A stretch of 64,000 nt of DNA from NCBI GenBank assembly GCA_013265495.1, contig MU058645.1:1096995-1160994 (forward strand). The letters run 5' to 3'. Source of the DNA: Vicugna vicugna (Eukaryota). This document shows, piece after piece, positions 13,730-26,172 of this stretch (the stretch's first letter is position 1; every line of letters begins with the position of its first letter). A program made the position numbers and the translations under genes. The notes below the pieces were generated by a model. The model saw only the letters and a program-made list of their open reading frames with translations, did no database searches and was not told the origin of the DNA.

Positions 13730-14400
13730 CATTCCATCGTTCAATGTGCATTTACTTAGTACCAACTATGTGGCAGGTACTTACAGCTCTATCACTGAGG
13801 ACAGGGCAGGGAACAAAGCAGACAGGACTCTGCTCTCATCCAACACCAAACACACCCCTAGTGAGGGAAGATAAACAATAATAAACAGGTAAAGCATGTC
13901 AGGGGTGATGATGTATACAAAGGAAAATGCAGGACCAGAAGGATAAGAGAGTAGCATTGAGGCATCAAGGTTTGCCACTTTGGGGCAAAGTGGTTACGGA
14001 AGGTCTCTGAAAGAGTGAAACCGAACAGAAATCTGAAATGAAGTGGGGGCTGAGTTATGAAGATATCAGGGGAAGAGAATTCCAGGTGAGGCACTAACAA
14101 GACCAAAGAAAGCCCTACCACGGGAGCACCAGCATGCGGAAGGAATGGAAAGGGGGAGCCTCCGTCACAGAGGTGGCAAAGGAAGAGAACAGAAGCCTGG
14201 AAGGCAGCCAGACACAAGCCCGGGCAGGGCTTCGTCAGCCACAGTGAAGAGCTGACTCTTACTTAACACATGAAAGCATACTGCAGGATAATTTTTAAAA
14301 TTCACTCTGGTTGCTAGAGAGACAGAGAGGAAGAGTGGAAATAAGGAGACTAGAAGACTACTGAGGAAAAAGCACAATGTAATGATGAAACTTGCGCCCA
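13730..14400 (-). mobile_element. L2 fragment
   Basis: catttacttagtaccaactatgtggcagg, gaacaaagcagacaggactctgctctcat, gaaggtctctgaaagagtg, aattcactctggttgct. Confidence 0.7.
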
Positions 14401-14598
14401 AAGCAGCCTGGGTTCAAATCCTGACTAAGCAACGCAATACTCAATAGCCCCTATGCCTCCTTCTCGTCTAGGATAAAATTAGAACAACAACAGTAGCTAC
14501 CTCACAGGACTGTCTGAGGATTAAATGAGTGAATTCACACGAAATGCAGACAGGAGCACCTAAATCCCAGCAAGTGCTCAGTGTGTTGCACCCTTATC
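14400..14598 (+). mobile_element. MIR SINE
   Basis: gcctgggttcaaatcctgac ... aacagtagctacctcacaggactgtctgaggattaaatgag core. Confidence 0.8.
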
Positions 14599-14662
14599 AA
14601 CCACCGCCACCGCCACCGCCACCAGCGCCACCTCAGCATTACTATCACCACCCACCCCACCC
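14599..14662 (+). repeat. (CCACCG)n / C-rich low-complexity tract at MIR tail
   Basis: ccaccgccaccgccaccgccaccagcgccacc...ccacccaccccaccc. Confidence 0.85.
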
Positions 14663-15294
14663 AGTCCAGGTGTTCAGTAAGCAGTCTGGAATTCAGGGGA
14701 AACTTCCTTGGAAGTCAACAAGGGGAACTGGAGGAAGAGAATTATTAACATAGAAAGAGATCTTAAATATCAGAAAAGACAGGCAGTATCTTCATTACAA
14801 TTCTATGTGAACTGATTAATGTAAAGGGAAAGACAAAAAAATAACAATTTTGCAAACACTCTATTACAGTAATAACAGATTTGGGCAGAGCCTTTAAGTA
14901 ATGAAATGCTAAAAACACTAAGCAAAATCTGGTTGGGAACAGTATGTTTACAAAGTTTCAAAGTACTCCCCTTAGATTAGAAAAGTATCTCTACAGTGAA
15001 AAAAAAATGACTGACATTATTTTAATCAAATGATGAAAGTGAATACCATCAATATGGGGGCAAATTAATATTATGTAATTGCTAATGTGATGTGCTGAGG
15101 ACACATCATCATTTTTTTTCCATTTTGTGTATTTATTCTCATTGCTATATAATATTCCATTATAGAAATTATCCATTAAAAAATAAATCCATAAAGTATC
15201 CATTTGTGCTCACTAAAGCTTTAGACTACTATTAATAATTCTATGATTATTGAGATGAACATTCTTTTGTATGTGTTTTTTTTTTTAACAAATT

Positions 15295-15862
15295 TTAAAT
15301 CAACTGTACTTCAATTAAACAGCAAGCAAGCAAGCAAACAACCCATTTAAAATACGGGCAGAAGAACTGAACATTTTTCCAAAAGAGGAAATGCAGACGG
15401 CCAACAAGAACATGAAAAGTTGCTCAAGATCACTAATATCAGGGAAAAGCAAATCAAAATCACAATGAGATATCATCTCACACCTGCCAGAATGGCCATC
15501 GTCAAAAAGAACACAAATAACGAATGTTGGGAAGGATGTGTAGAAAAGGGAACCCTTGTACACTGTTGGTGGGAATGTAAATTGGTGCAGCCACTATGGA
15601 AAACAATATGGAGATGTTGCAAAAACCTAAAAGTACAACCACCATATGACCCAGCAATTCCACTCTTGGCATAAATCCTAAAAAAACAAAAACATCAATT
15701 CAAAAAGATACATACACCCCACTATTAACAGCAACATTATTTATAATTGCCAAGATATGGAAACATCCTAAGTGCACATCAACAGATGAACAGATAAAGA
15801 AGATGTAGCACATATATGTAATGGAATATAACTCATCCATAAAAAGGATATATGCCATATGC
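15295..15862 (+). mobile_element. L1 ORF2 C-terminal fragment preceded by a short L1 3'-tip
   Basis: ORF 15420..15674 [24 protein letters not shown]...[29 protein letters not shown] is the L1 ORF2 Cys-rich C-terminus. Confidence 0.92.
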
Positions 15863-15931
15863 AGCTCTTCATTCACTTTTTTTCTTTCACTTCAAAAACC
15901 AGAATTTTATAACTAGCATAAACATTTCCAC

Positions 15932-16228
15932 TGCACCAAAAACAATAAAATACCTAGAAATGAATTTAACCAAGGAGGTTACCTATACTCTGAAAACTGT
16001 AAAACACTGATGAAGGAAATTGAAGATGATACAAAGAAATGGAAAGATATCTTGTGCTCCTGGGTTGGAAGAATCAACATTATTAAAATGGACATACTAC
16101 CCAAAGCAATCTACAGATCCAATGCAACCCCTGTCAAAATACTCATGACATTCCTCACAGAATTAGAACAAACAATTTCAAAATTTGTATGGAACCACAG
16201 AAGACCCTGAATTGCCAAAGCAATCTTT
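15932..16228 (+). mobile_element. L1 ORF2 fragment (end of RT and downstream region)
   Basis: ORF 16010..16210 [36 protein letters not shown]. Confidence 0.92.
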
Positions 16229-16835
16229 TATAGGTTTTTTGTTTGTTTCTTTCTTTTTTTTGCTCTTTCTTCTTTTTGTTCTCTTTTCTTACGGTTTGAT
16301 GACTAGAGAAGTTCCTTTAACATTTGTTATAAAGCTGGTTTGGTGGTGCTGAATTCTTTTAGCTTTTGTTTATCTATGAAGCTTTTGATTTCTCCATCAA
16401 ATCTGAATGAGAACCTTGATGGATAGAGTATTCTTGGTTTTAAGTTTTTCCCTTTCATCACTTTAAATATATCACGCCACTCCCTTCTGGCCTGTACAGT
16501 TTCTACTGAAAAATCAGCTGATAACCTTATGGGAGTTCCCTTATATGTTATTTGCTGTTCTTCTCTTGCTAATTTTAGTATTTTCTCCTTATCCTTAACT
16601 TTTGTCAATCTGATTACTCTGTACCTTGGTATGTTCCTTTTTAGGGCTGATCCTATGCAGAATTCTCTGCGCTTCCTGGACTTGAGTGACTGTTTACTTT
16701 TCCAAGTTAGGGAAATTTTCAGTCATTCTCTCTTGAAGAATTTTCTCAGGTCCCTTCTCTCTCTTCCTGGGATCCCCATAATATGAGTATTATTGCATTT
16801 CATCTTGTCCCAGAATTCTCTTAAAACATCACCTT
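16229..16835 (-). mobile_element. L1 ORF1 fragment (RRM end/CTD), inverted relative to adjacent ORF2 pieces
   Basis: ORF 16327..16608 KDKEKILKLAREEQQITYKGTPIRLSADFSVETVQARREW...PRILYPSRFSFRFDGEIKSF. Confidence 0.93.
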
Positions 16836-19659
16836 TTCTTAAAACATCTTTGCCAAAAATGGAAAAATGAAAACAAGCTGCTAGTCAGAAATTAATGTTA
16901 CCAGTTACAAAAGTGAAATGATACAAAACTTTCTTCACATAAGAATCTGAAAAATAACAATTTTCTAGATGAAGTGATTAGTTCTCTATATTTAAAATAT
17001 TTTACAGGTATCTGAATCCAGCAAAGCTTAACTTAAAAAACTTATGAAGAGCTTTTAAAAACATTCATAAGTATCTGCTATAATTTCTATTTGCTCTTTT
17101 CTAAGTAACAAATTAATTCTTAAAGAATCACTTCAATAATCCATGATTCATTTTAATTTTTTTGGACTCAAAGACTGTGATATCATTCTGGTCCTATAAC
17201 AACTTGTGATTAAAACAAACAAACCCCTCAAAATTAAAAAACCCTAGCCATTAGCAATTATACATGTCTTTAAAAGCCAAAGAGTTAACAATTACACATG
17301 ATTTAAAATAATGTTTTAAAATTCAAAGAGCAACAATATAATTTTAGTTATCTTTCATAACTGAAGGATAAAGAAAAAAATAAAAGTAGTAGGATAGAAT
17401 AGGATGGCCCACTAGGTTTATGAAATTGCCTAATAATTTATTACTAATATAACTGAAAAAGATTTTTCCAAAGTCTTTTGTTAAAGGATTCTGAAAAAGA
17501 AAATCAACTGATGCAGCATAATGATAAACACATAAGCAACATTCCACTACTAATTCTGGTCAAGAGAGAACTGAATCCTCTGAAAATCTGTTATATACAA
17601 CACACTCTAAGGTGCTCAAAGATTCCCTAATTAAATTGACTGCAATCCAATCAAGACTTAATTTAAAAAGGCTCATTAACAGCATCTAGTGATGAAATGG
17701 ACTCTCTCTTTTCACTCAAACTCATGTCTCATTTCACTAGACATGGGTAATTAACTCATCTTGGTATTAGATCTATGGCACAGTAATTAGCTTAAGTTTT
17801 ACAGGTTACTTTAATAATGAAAACAAAGGTTTATTCTCATTGGATCCATCTTTTTACCCCTCAAAAAATGTCTCAAAATTAAAAATTAAAAAACTGTCTT
17901 TAAATAAATACTAGTAGAATTTTTATTTCAAACCCTCGCAATCTTTCTTATCAATTAATACAGGAAAAGCAGTGACTCTATTCTACAAAGTGTATTTTAA
18001 TTTTTATTGCATTGTTTTATACTCTTCTATCTTAAAACAAGACTAAATCACGTGAGTACAAAATGAACATGTAACCAGAAACAAAACTTAGAAAGTGAAT
18101 ATTCCAAACTGCAAATTTACTTTCAAAACACTCACAGCAAAAATAAGGATATGAGAAGAAAGAAGCAAAGCAGAGAAAGAGAGGACATGGTAGAACTGGT
18201 TTACAATCCTGAAAAAACATCAGATCACACAGCAAGCTGGTAATTAAACCAGTGCTGCTGAAAGTATAGGCTGTAAGCAGAGAAAGCAAAGTGTGTTTAG
18301 AAACTTTTACAGCATTCCGAATGGATAAACTGTCTGTTAATATGAAAAGCTTTAAAACAGGATGAAAATTGTCTTAAAAATTCCATTTCTCTGATAATTA
18401 ATTTCACTATATTTTACAAAATAATTAGTCTACAATGAGTTGGAATTTTGTTGTAATTGTCTTTTATGGCAGGTTATTTGAAAAGCAATGATTTAAAACT
18501 CTTCTAGAAAGGCAGGCCTTCTCTCTTCAAAAAAGAAATCAATCAATCCCTTTTGGGACTGAATTCAATGTTGTGTTCCGCAACATTAAAAAAAAAAAAA
18601 AAGGCAGGGGGTGAGGGGAGGTAGAGGAGGACTAAAGTTCCTAGGGAATTAGTTTATAGCTAGAGTAGGACACCTGAGACATAGGACTGTCATAAAATAT
18701 GTCAAAGCCTCTAGGGTTTTAAGAGATTATTTTGTTTTGAATTCAAAGAAGAATTAAGATCAGAGGATCTAAGACTTGGCCATGTGCAGTGTTCCATCTC
18801 TTCTACCTCCTGCCCACCCTTCTACTGCCAAGTTATCTTTTTAAAACAATATATCACATAACTTCTTATCTTGAAAACCTGAGTGCCAGTGCACTGATTT
18901 CAAAATTAAAAAAAAAAGTTTTAATACAGTAATTGAGGCCCTACAACTTCAGACCCCAGCCTTGTCTCCAATACCCACCCTGCTTCACCCCACACCTTCT
19001 ACCTCCCTCTGCAGTAGGTCACGTATTAGCGTAACATATGCTTGCTGATCCTACTTCTGATGTCTACAATACTGTTCCACACATCTGCCCAGTACATTCC
19101 TACTCCAGTACAATCTCCTCTAGCTTTCCTTAAAATCCTCAACCTGCAAAAGATCTCATCTTCTCTGACTTCCCACAGTACCATGTGTAACACCTGTTAC
19201 AGTGTTTACCACACTGTGTATTAGTTCACTGACAATGCATCAGTCTCTTGGGGTGAAAGCTATCCCTAATGCTACTAATTATGAACCACTGAGTAAATCT
19301 GAAGAATTTCTACGTTCTGTGGTTCAGATGAGAAACTCTAGCTGAGAAAGGCTGTGTAAACTAACAGAAAATTACAGCATTTTTCCTCTCGAAAACATTT
19401 TAAATAGTAATTAGTTTCTTGGACCCAACCAGAAGTTTATTACAACTATAATGTACCTTAATACCAGTTATGCCAATATCATTTCAACTATGTCTTACCG
19501 TTATTTATAAATTGGTTCAATGGAAAAATAAGAAATATACTGCAAACAAATGTCTAACTGGGAATCTAGAGATAGCTGCACTGCTCATTTAAATGACCTT
19601 GTAAAGACACACACACATATATACTTATGGAACAGCTTCTTTAAAAGTGCCTTGTATAA

Positions 19660-21900
19660 AAGTTTAACTCTGTCAGTGAATCTGTTGGGAAGCTGGCATT
19701 CTCATACATTGTTGATGGTAATGCAAAATTAAAATAATCCATAGAAGGATTTAGCACTAGCTACCAATATATTGTGACACCACTTCTAGAATTCTATCCC
19801 AAACAAACTAGCAAGTACACTGTAAAAAATGTATATAAAAACTATTCAGTATAGCACTCTCACTATGTTTAACAGCAAAAGCCTAGAAACAATCTAAATG
19901 CCCAGTAACAGGGGAATGTTGGAATCATTTACGGTACATCCACACAATAGAATATGATGCCTTTATTAAAAGGAATAAAGACTATCTCTATATACTCTTA
20001 TTAAGTGAGCTCAATGATATACTGTTAAGTCAAAAAAAAAACAAACAAAAAAGCAAGGTGTAGAAAAGTAGATAGAGTATGTAATTATCTATGAAGGAAG
20101 TGAGAAATTATTTACATAATTTTATGTGAATATGAAGAAATGGAAAGATAAACCAAATAGTAAATATAAAATAGCAGAATTTAAAATATACCCAAACTGC
20201 AAGGGGTGAGTAGATAAAAGAGACAGGGATAAAAGCAGGACTTCTCTGAAAATTCCCCACTTCATGGATTTGTTTTTGGAACCATGTAAGTATTTTACAA
20301 GCAACAGAAAAATAAACAATTCCTAAAACTAGAAAACTAAGTGTAACAAATGAGCTTAACTGTTGATCCATATGATAGCATAACTGTTATACACTGAAAA
20401 ATTACTGTTTCGAAAGATAATAATTTCAATTTCTAGTGGCATATATCCTAAAAAACAGTAAGAATTGGGAAAAAACTATTTTCACTGACTATATTGTTGG
20501 TAGGGTGTTTGTATTGTTATTCTAAGCCTAATTTGCTTTATTCTGAAATACACAAAATATTTTGTGTCATTAGAAACCAGGATTTTTGGTGGGAAAGAAA
20601 AGATACACACAAGATCAATTAAGTAAAACACTGTCGTCTTCATTTTGAATGAGAATGAACTTGCAAAAATGTATCTATATTCCTGAACACGTGTGTGTGT
20701 ATGTGTGTGTGTCTGTCTGTCTGTCTGTCTGTCTATCCTAGCTCTGCCCTGAAAAAGTCTATCACTAGTGCCCAGACTGAAGTCTCCTAATACTGTTTTT
20801 CACTAACAGTAATCAGGGTTCCTTAAAGAAATGACACATCTCAAGTCTGGAGAGGAAATCTTACAAGATGAGCCTGGACTATCATAAACACCAGAAAACA
20901 AAGTTATTAGCCCCAACTACTGCATTTGTGTCAAAAGGACTTAGAAGTGAACTTGAACAGGATCCCCCCTGGCTAAATAACATGACCATCAGTTAAAATT
21001 ATTAACTGCAATGAACACATCAAAATTGTTTAAATGCACCCATAATGATACTCAAAAAAAAAACAAACCTAGGAACCAACTTACTATTTTAAACCTAAAG
21101 TAAATAAAGAACTGAGCATTTACCAGCCTTTCCTACAAAAAGTAAATCTAGCTAAAAACAGCAAAGAAACAAGATATAACTATTTTGCAGTTCCTACTGA
21201 AATAAAGAGGCTAAAAAACAATCAACAAGGATTGCTGAAATCACATAGAGAAGAAACTAGATTTTATGTTCCACTACCACAAGACTTGTGAAATTTTCTT
21301 ACAAAAGGAAGAAAAGAAAAGAGAGGACAGGAGACCTAAATGTGATCAAACCCTTTTCACTACCAAATTACCAAAAATACAAAGGACAGAGGTAAGTGTT
21401 AACCACCACCATGAAAATGCAATCAGCAAAAGCCATGGGAATTTTTCAGTACAAATAACTCAGTCCCCTTACAAATAAATTGCAAGAAGGATAAACGAAG
21501 GTGAAGGTGAGAATGACTTAAAAGATCTATCAATTAACTGCAATGTATACGGCCCTCACTTGGATACCACTCAAACAGACTTTTCTAAGTACATTTATGA
21601 GACAAGAGGGGAAACTATAAGCACCTACTAGATATTTAATGACACAAAGAAATTGTTTTGGTGATTAAAAAACAAACACGATAGCATTAAAGAGCCCTTC
21701 TATTTCAGAAACACCTAAAAAATATTTACATATGAAATTGTCTGGAATTTGCTCCCCAAATCATCTGGTAGGCAGAGAGGGAGGGAGGGTAGTGGGGGAA
21801 GGAGGGCACACATGAAAGGGGATGGACAACCTGACACTGGGTGACGAATAAACACTGTTTAAAATTTGCCACAATGAAGAGTTGGTTTTTTTTTTTTAAA
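19660..21900 (+). mobile_element. Old L1MC-like 3' region, fragmented
   Basis: ctcatacattgttgatggtaatgcaaaatt, cctagaaacaatctaaatgcccagtaacagggga, tctggagaggaaatcttacaagatgagcctgga, G-rich 3' tract. Confidence 0.6.
20690..20735 (+). repeat. Compound microsatellite (TG)n(TCTG)n
   Basis: gtgtgtgtgtatgtgtgtgtgtctgtctgtctgtctgtctgtct. Confidence 0.95.
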
Positions 21901-23684
21901 TAAACACTGTATTTATCCTCAAGGTTGTCAGAAAGCCAAGTATTCAGCAAGATCAATAAGGCAGGCTGTTTGGAACCATGCTTGTACTTGATGTTCTGTC
22001 ACTGGCCATCATGGCCACTTTAGTATATCAAACAAAAAACTATTAATTCGATCATTTTCAAAGTGTTGAGACAGCAGTAACATCTTTCATAAAAATAAAG
22101 TCTAAGCCACCCCCACAAATCAAGCAAACTTCTTTTTGCACATGCTATCAATACTGCCTTGAAACATTCTTTAAGTGTGCTTTCTTATCACCCAACACAA
22201 AGTCTTAGACATTAAAAAGCTCATTAATTTGGTGAACTGACATAGGGCCAGGTACAGAGTTGCAGGATAAAATGCTAATTATAAAGTATCACGTATAGTA
22301 TGATTCACTTTCGGTAACACATGTGACAGTGTATGTAACTGCATGAAGAATGACCTACAAGACATACCAAAATTGTCAGCAAGAGTAGTCCCTAGAGTGA
22401 TTAAATCAGCTGCCTATGCTCTTCCCAGACAATGTGCACTTTTAAACTTTTCTAATACCACATATTAACTAATTAAAACACATATTAACCATAAGAAATT
22501 AATAGGACTATAAGAGAGATTTAAGAAAAATTTGTAACACATATGAATGTGTTAGGAAATTCTACCTATGTTTGCAATTATACAACATGCCTCCCTAATA
22601 ACATCTCGTAAGTCATGTTCCCATACAACACTGCAGTTCCTCAAGAAGTCATAGGGACATCTCTTAAAAAGGAGACTGTGGTCAAATATATTTGGGAAAC
22701 AAAGTTAAAAGCTGAATTAATATATTTTTTTTCCTGTTTCCTACTCTGTGCCAGGTACTCATCAAACACGAGGGAAATACTCCATTAAAATAGACATGGA
22801 ATGCCCTCAGTTTATCAGTCAAGAGAAGGATACAAATCGGCAAACAGCATTTCCATCATATTTTGGGCAATCGATAAATTAAGATTTATTTTCCACCTTT
22901 CTCAGCTTTTACGTAAATTGACAAATCTGCAGAAAATTTTAGTTTTCCTTCTAACACCTGAAATATACATCAGCCATATTACTTACTTCAGTATTTCTTT
23001 TTGTCTCCATCTGTTTGTCATGTTCTTTCTCAAAATAATAGCCAAGTAACAAATGATAGTATCTTCCATTTTTACTTTACTTTTATTAACATTTTTAAGA
23101 ACTCAATGAGTAGAGGAACTATAGTATAAACCAAGATAACTCGTTTGATAATTTATTATCTGCAGATTTAAATTAAGATTACAGAAGACACTCCTGGTAT
23201 TATAAATCTATACGTAAATTCTTCACAGAATCCACACACCATAATATCAAACAGGCGGTGGCCACTCAAATTAACTTGATATTCCCAGAGCTCATTTGTA
23301 ACATTTTAATAAAACTAAAAATGTAATCTGCAGTCAATTTTGTTAGTGTCAATTTATTATTTTTTTTTGCATCGTTTATAATCTGTAGGCTTGTTTTACT
23401 TGAGTAGACAACAGCATAAATTTTTTTAAAATATATGTGAACTGCTTCTACATGTGCTTAAGAACGAAATGGACAGACTATGGACACAGTAACTACCAGG
23501 GAAACAAAACAGTAAAGCATGAGAACAGGGGATGTTCAAAGGTCACAAAGCAACAACAAAGTACTACTATTTCCAAAGCTTAAAAAATTGTAATATTCCC
23601 ATAGGATACAGTGTAAGAGTTTAAACATAAAATGTACTAATAATAATGTTAATATAAAATTTATTAAGAACAATCATTAACATC

Positions 23685-23900
23685 AACTGATCAATTACTA
23701 TGCACCAAAATACTGTTCTAAGTGCTTTACAACTGATTTAATCCTCACAACTACCATAGAGGTAATAAGTGACATTACTATTCCTCTTTCATACAGCACA
23801 AAGAGATTTGCTAAGATCATAAAGATTTAAGTGACAGAACCAAGATTCAAACATAAGCAATGTGATCACAGAGATCACTCTCTTAACCGCTCTGTTATTC
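23685..23900 (-). mobile_element. MIR SINE
   Basis: tactgttctaagtgctttacaactgatttaatcctcacaactaccatagaggta ... gacagaaccaagattcaaac. Confidence 0.7.
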
Positions 23901-25444
23901 TGCCAAAGATAGCAGAAAATGTTCTTCAGGCTCAACTCCAACTGAAAATAGAACTCGTAATGTCTCATTACATAGTTCCAAGCCCTAATACTCAGTGCCT
24001 GTGAGTGTCTGAGAGGAGTGAGTGGAGGACCATTACTACAGAATTAACAGAGGCTGAGAAGAGGAAAAAACACGTTTTGTTAACCGATAGCATAATTTGT
24101 TTAACTGAAGGATATACTAATGCTAATCTTTTGGTGAAGATTTATTTGTCCTTCGGTTGTTGAGAGTTATCTCATGTCCCTAGGTTATTAAATTAGCATC
24201 ACTTAACGCCAAGGCAACCTAAGTACAAACACGGGAACTAAAACTGCATGGCAATACAAGATTGCCATGCAGCTGATTCAGAATATGCTTAAGTTTTTTA
24301 GGATTCTTAAAAAAAAAAAAAAAAGATTTTAAATACATCTAAATATGCTCACAGAGAACTCACGTGCCTGCCTCAAAATATCTTTTAATACTCAGCTGAT
24401 AAGCACAGGTTATAATAAAATTTAAAGATCATCAATATTATTAAGAACCTTTCCCCCCTAATTTAACTAAATCAGTATTCGTCTGTAAGGAGAGAAAGTG
24501 ATTGAGATCCAGTCAGTTATGGGGGAGCTTAAATGAAATGAAGTGATCAACTCAAAAGGCAGCGGATCAGAGTGAGGTGAGAATACCTGACAGGTCTGGT
24601 ATTCATTCCATAAGCTCCAAAAGTGATTCAGTGCACAGGCTCTCACAAAGGCTGATCACAGGTCTATCATTTGAAATTCCTTTCAAGGCAATGTATTTAA
24701 AAAAACATACAAAAAAACAAAAAACCAAACCCTTCCTAACAATAAATTTGATCTTTGGCAATCAAAATCTAGATTTTTTTTTAAAAAGCAGTCAAATATT
24801 TTTTACACAGCAATTTCAAAAGTATTCTGCCCCACAGTATTGTTGGATAAAGGAAACAAGGCAACTCACATCTTCCTAAAAACAATACTTAACATAGTTT
24901 ATTAATTAAACTAAAAAAATTGGATGTGGCAAAATAGAAAACAGGAATAATATACTTTGAAGTAAAATGTCTAGAAAACTTATAAACAACATGAAATCAC
25001 GGTAAAAGTGAAAATGACTCTCACCTGGCTAGTTATTATAAGCCTTTTTTTTGTTTACTAACTCTCCTGATGAGATGACACACATCCAAAGTTATTCATT
25101 TGATCCCTCTCATTTAAATTTCATCAAAAGAAACATTTTAGATTTTTCAAACTTCTAGTTATGTGTTGTTATATATATAACATTATAGCATGACTAATTT
25201 CCAAACTGGCTGCTTCTCAAGTATGAATACCAAAGTAAGTTAACATGATGGACTGAATGATACTTTAGTTGGCTAAATGAAAAATAATGATAAACAAGAG
25301 AAAACTCGTGGCAGTATCTTTCAAAAGTTCAAAGTTTCTGACATGAAATAATGGGTAGTGCTTCAGACTAGATATTTTGTTATTAAAATTCAAAAGTATA
25401 AGTAAATTACTCACATAAAGACTTGCCCATTTTCAAGAACTTAC

Positions 25445-25561
25445 CTTCTTTTTATCCCTCATTGAGCCTTTGCCTCGGACCATTATTTTACATCCTGTTT
25501 CTGCTTCAAGCTGTTTAGCAGTAAGTCCTCTAGGTCCAAGGATTCTCCCAACAAAATTAAA
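25445..25561 (-). CDS. QKI: QKI coding exon 3 (117 nt, phase 0/0): [41 protein letters not shown] domain core with GPRG (GXXG) loop
   Basis: Manual minus-strand translation (absent from ORF track); acceptor ttttttttcctccAG|TTTAAT, donor AAGAAG|GTAAGT; continues in frame from exon 2 (EYPD|FNFVG). Confidence 0.98.
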
Positions 25562-26036
25562 CTGGAGGAAAAAAAAATACACCATACATTATTCACCTGC
25601 TCGAATTTGTAACTCTTAAACTTATTTTAAAGTATATATTTCCTTTCTCTAGATTTGTTAAAATATTAATGTCAAATAAAATCTTAGAGTCCTTATGAAT
25701 TTCTTGTCAAGTTTGAAGGGGGTAATTACAATAGCTTATGGTTTACCCGGAAATTTTTGTATGTATTAATACAAATTATGGACTGGGAACGACAGTATCT
25801 AGCTAAAACAGGTACTATGCTAAACTGACCATCAATATGTAATCTAAACCAGAGTATATTAAACAATTTGACAAAATCTTAGGTGTCGTCCAAAAAAAGC
25901 AAATCCCTTCTTCAAAAATTTTTATGACAGTGTTCAGGGAACTGTTTATTATGTTAAATACTGACTGCCTTTTATATGAAAATCCTTGGTGGAAAAGTCC
26001 TATTTTTTTTAATGATTCCTTTTTTTAAATACTACT

Positions 26037-26172
26037 TTTTCTTTTTTCTTTTTATTTTTTTGGTGGGGGGAGGGAATTACATTTATTTATTTACTTAACT
26101 TATCGCACTGGGGATCGAACCCAGGACCTTGTGCATGGTAACCACGCACTTTACCAATAAACTATACCCTCC
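26037..26172 (-). mobile_element. tRNA-derived SINE, camelid Vic-1-like
   Basis: Minus strand ggagggtatagtttattggtaaagtgcgtggttaccatgcacaaggtcctgggttcgatccccag (A and B boxes), AAAT linker, A tail; short actact flanks as possible TSD. Confidence 0.85.

Noticed and set aside
14529..14753. Proline/histidine-rich 74-aa ORF
   Set aside because: Translation of a MIR tail plus (CCACCG)n low-complexity tract, with a non-ATG start
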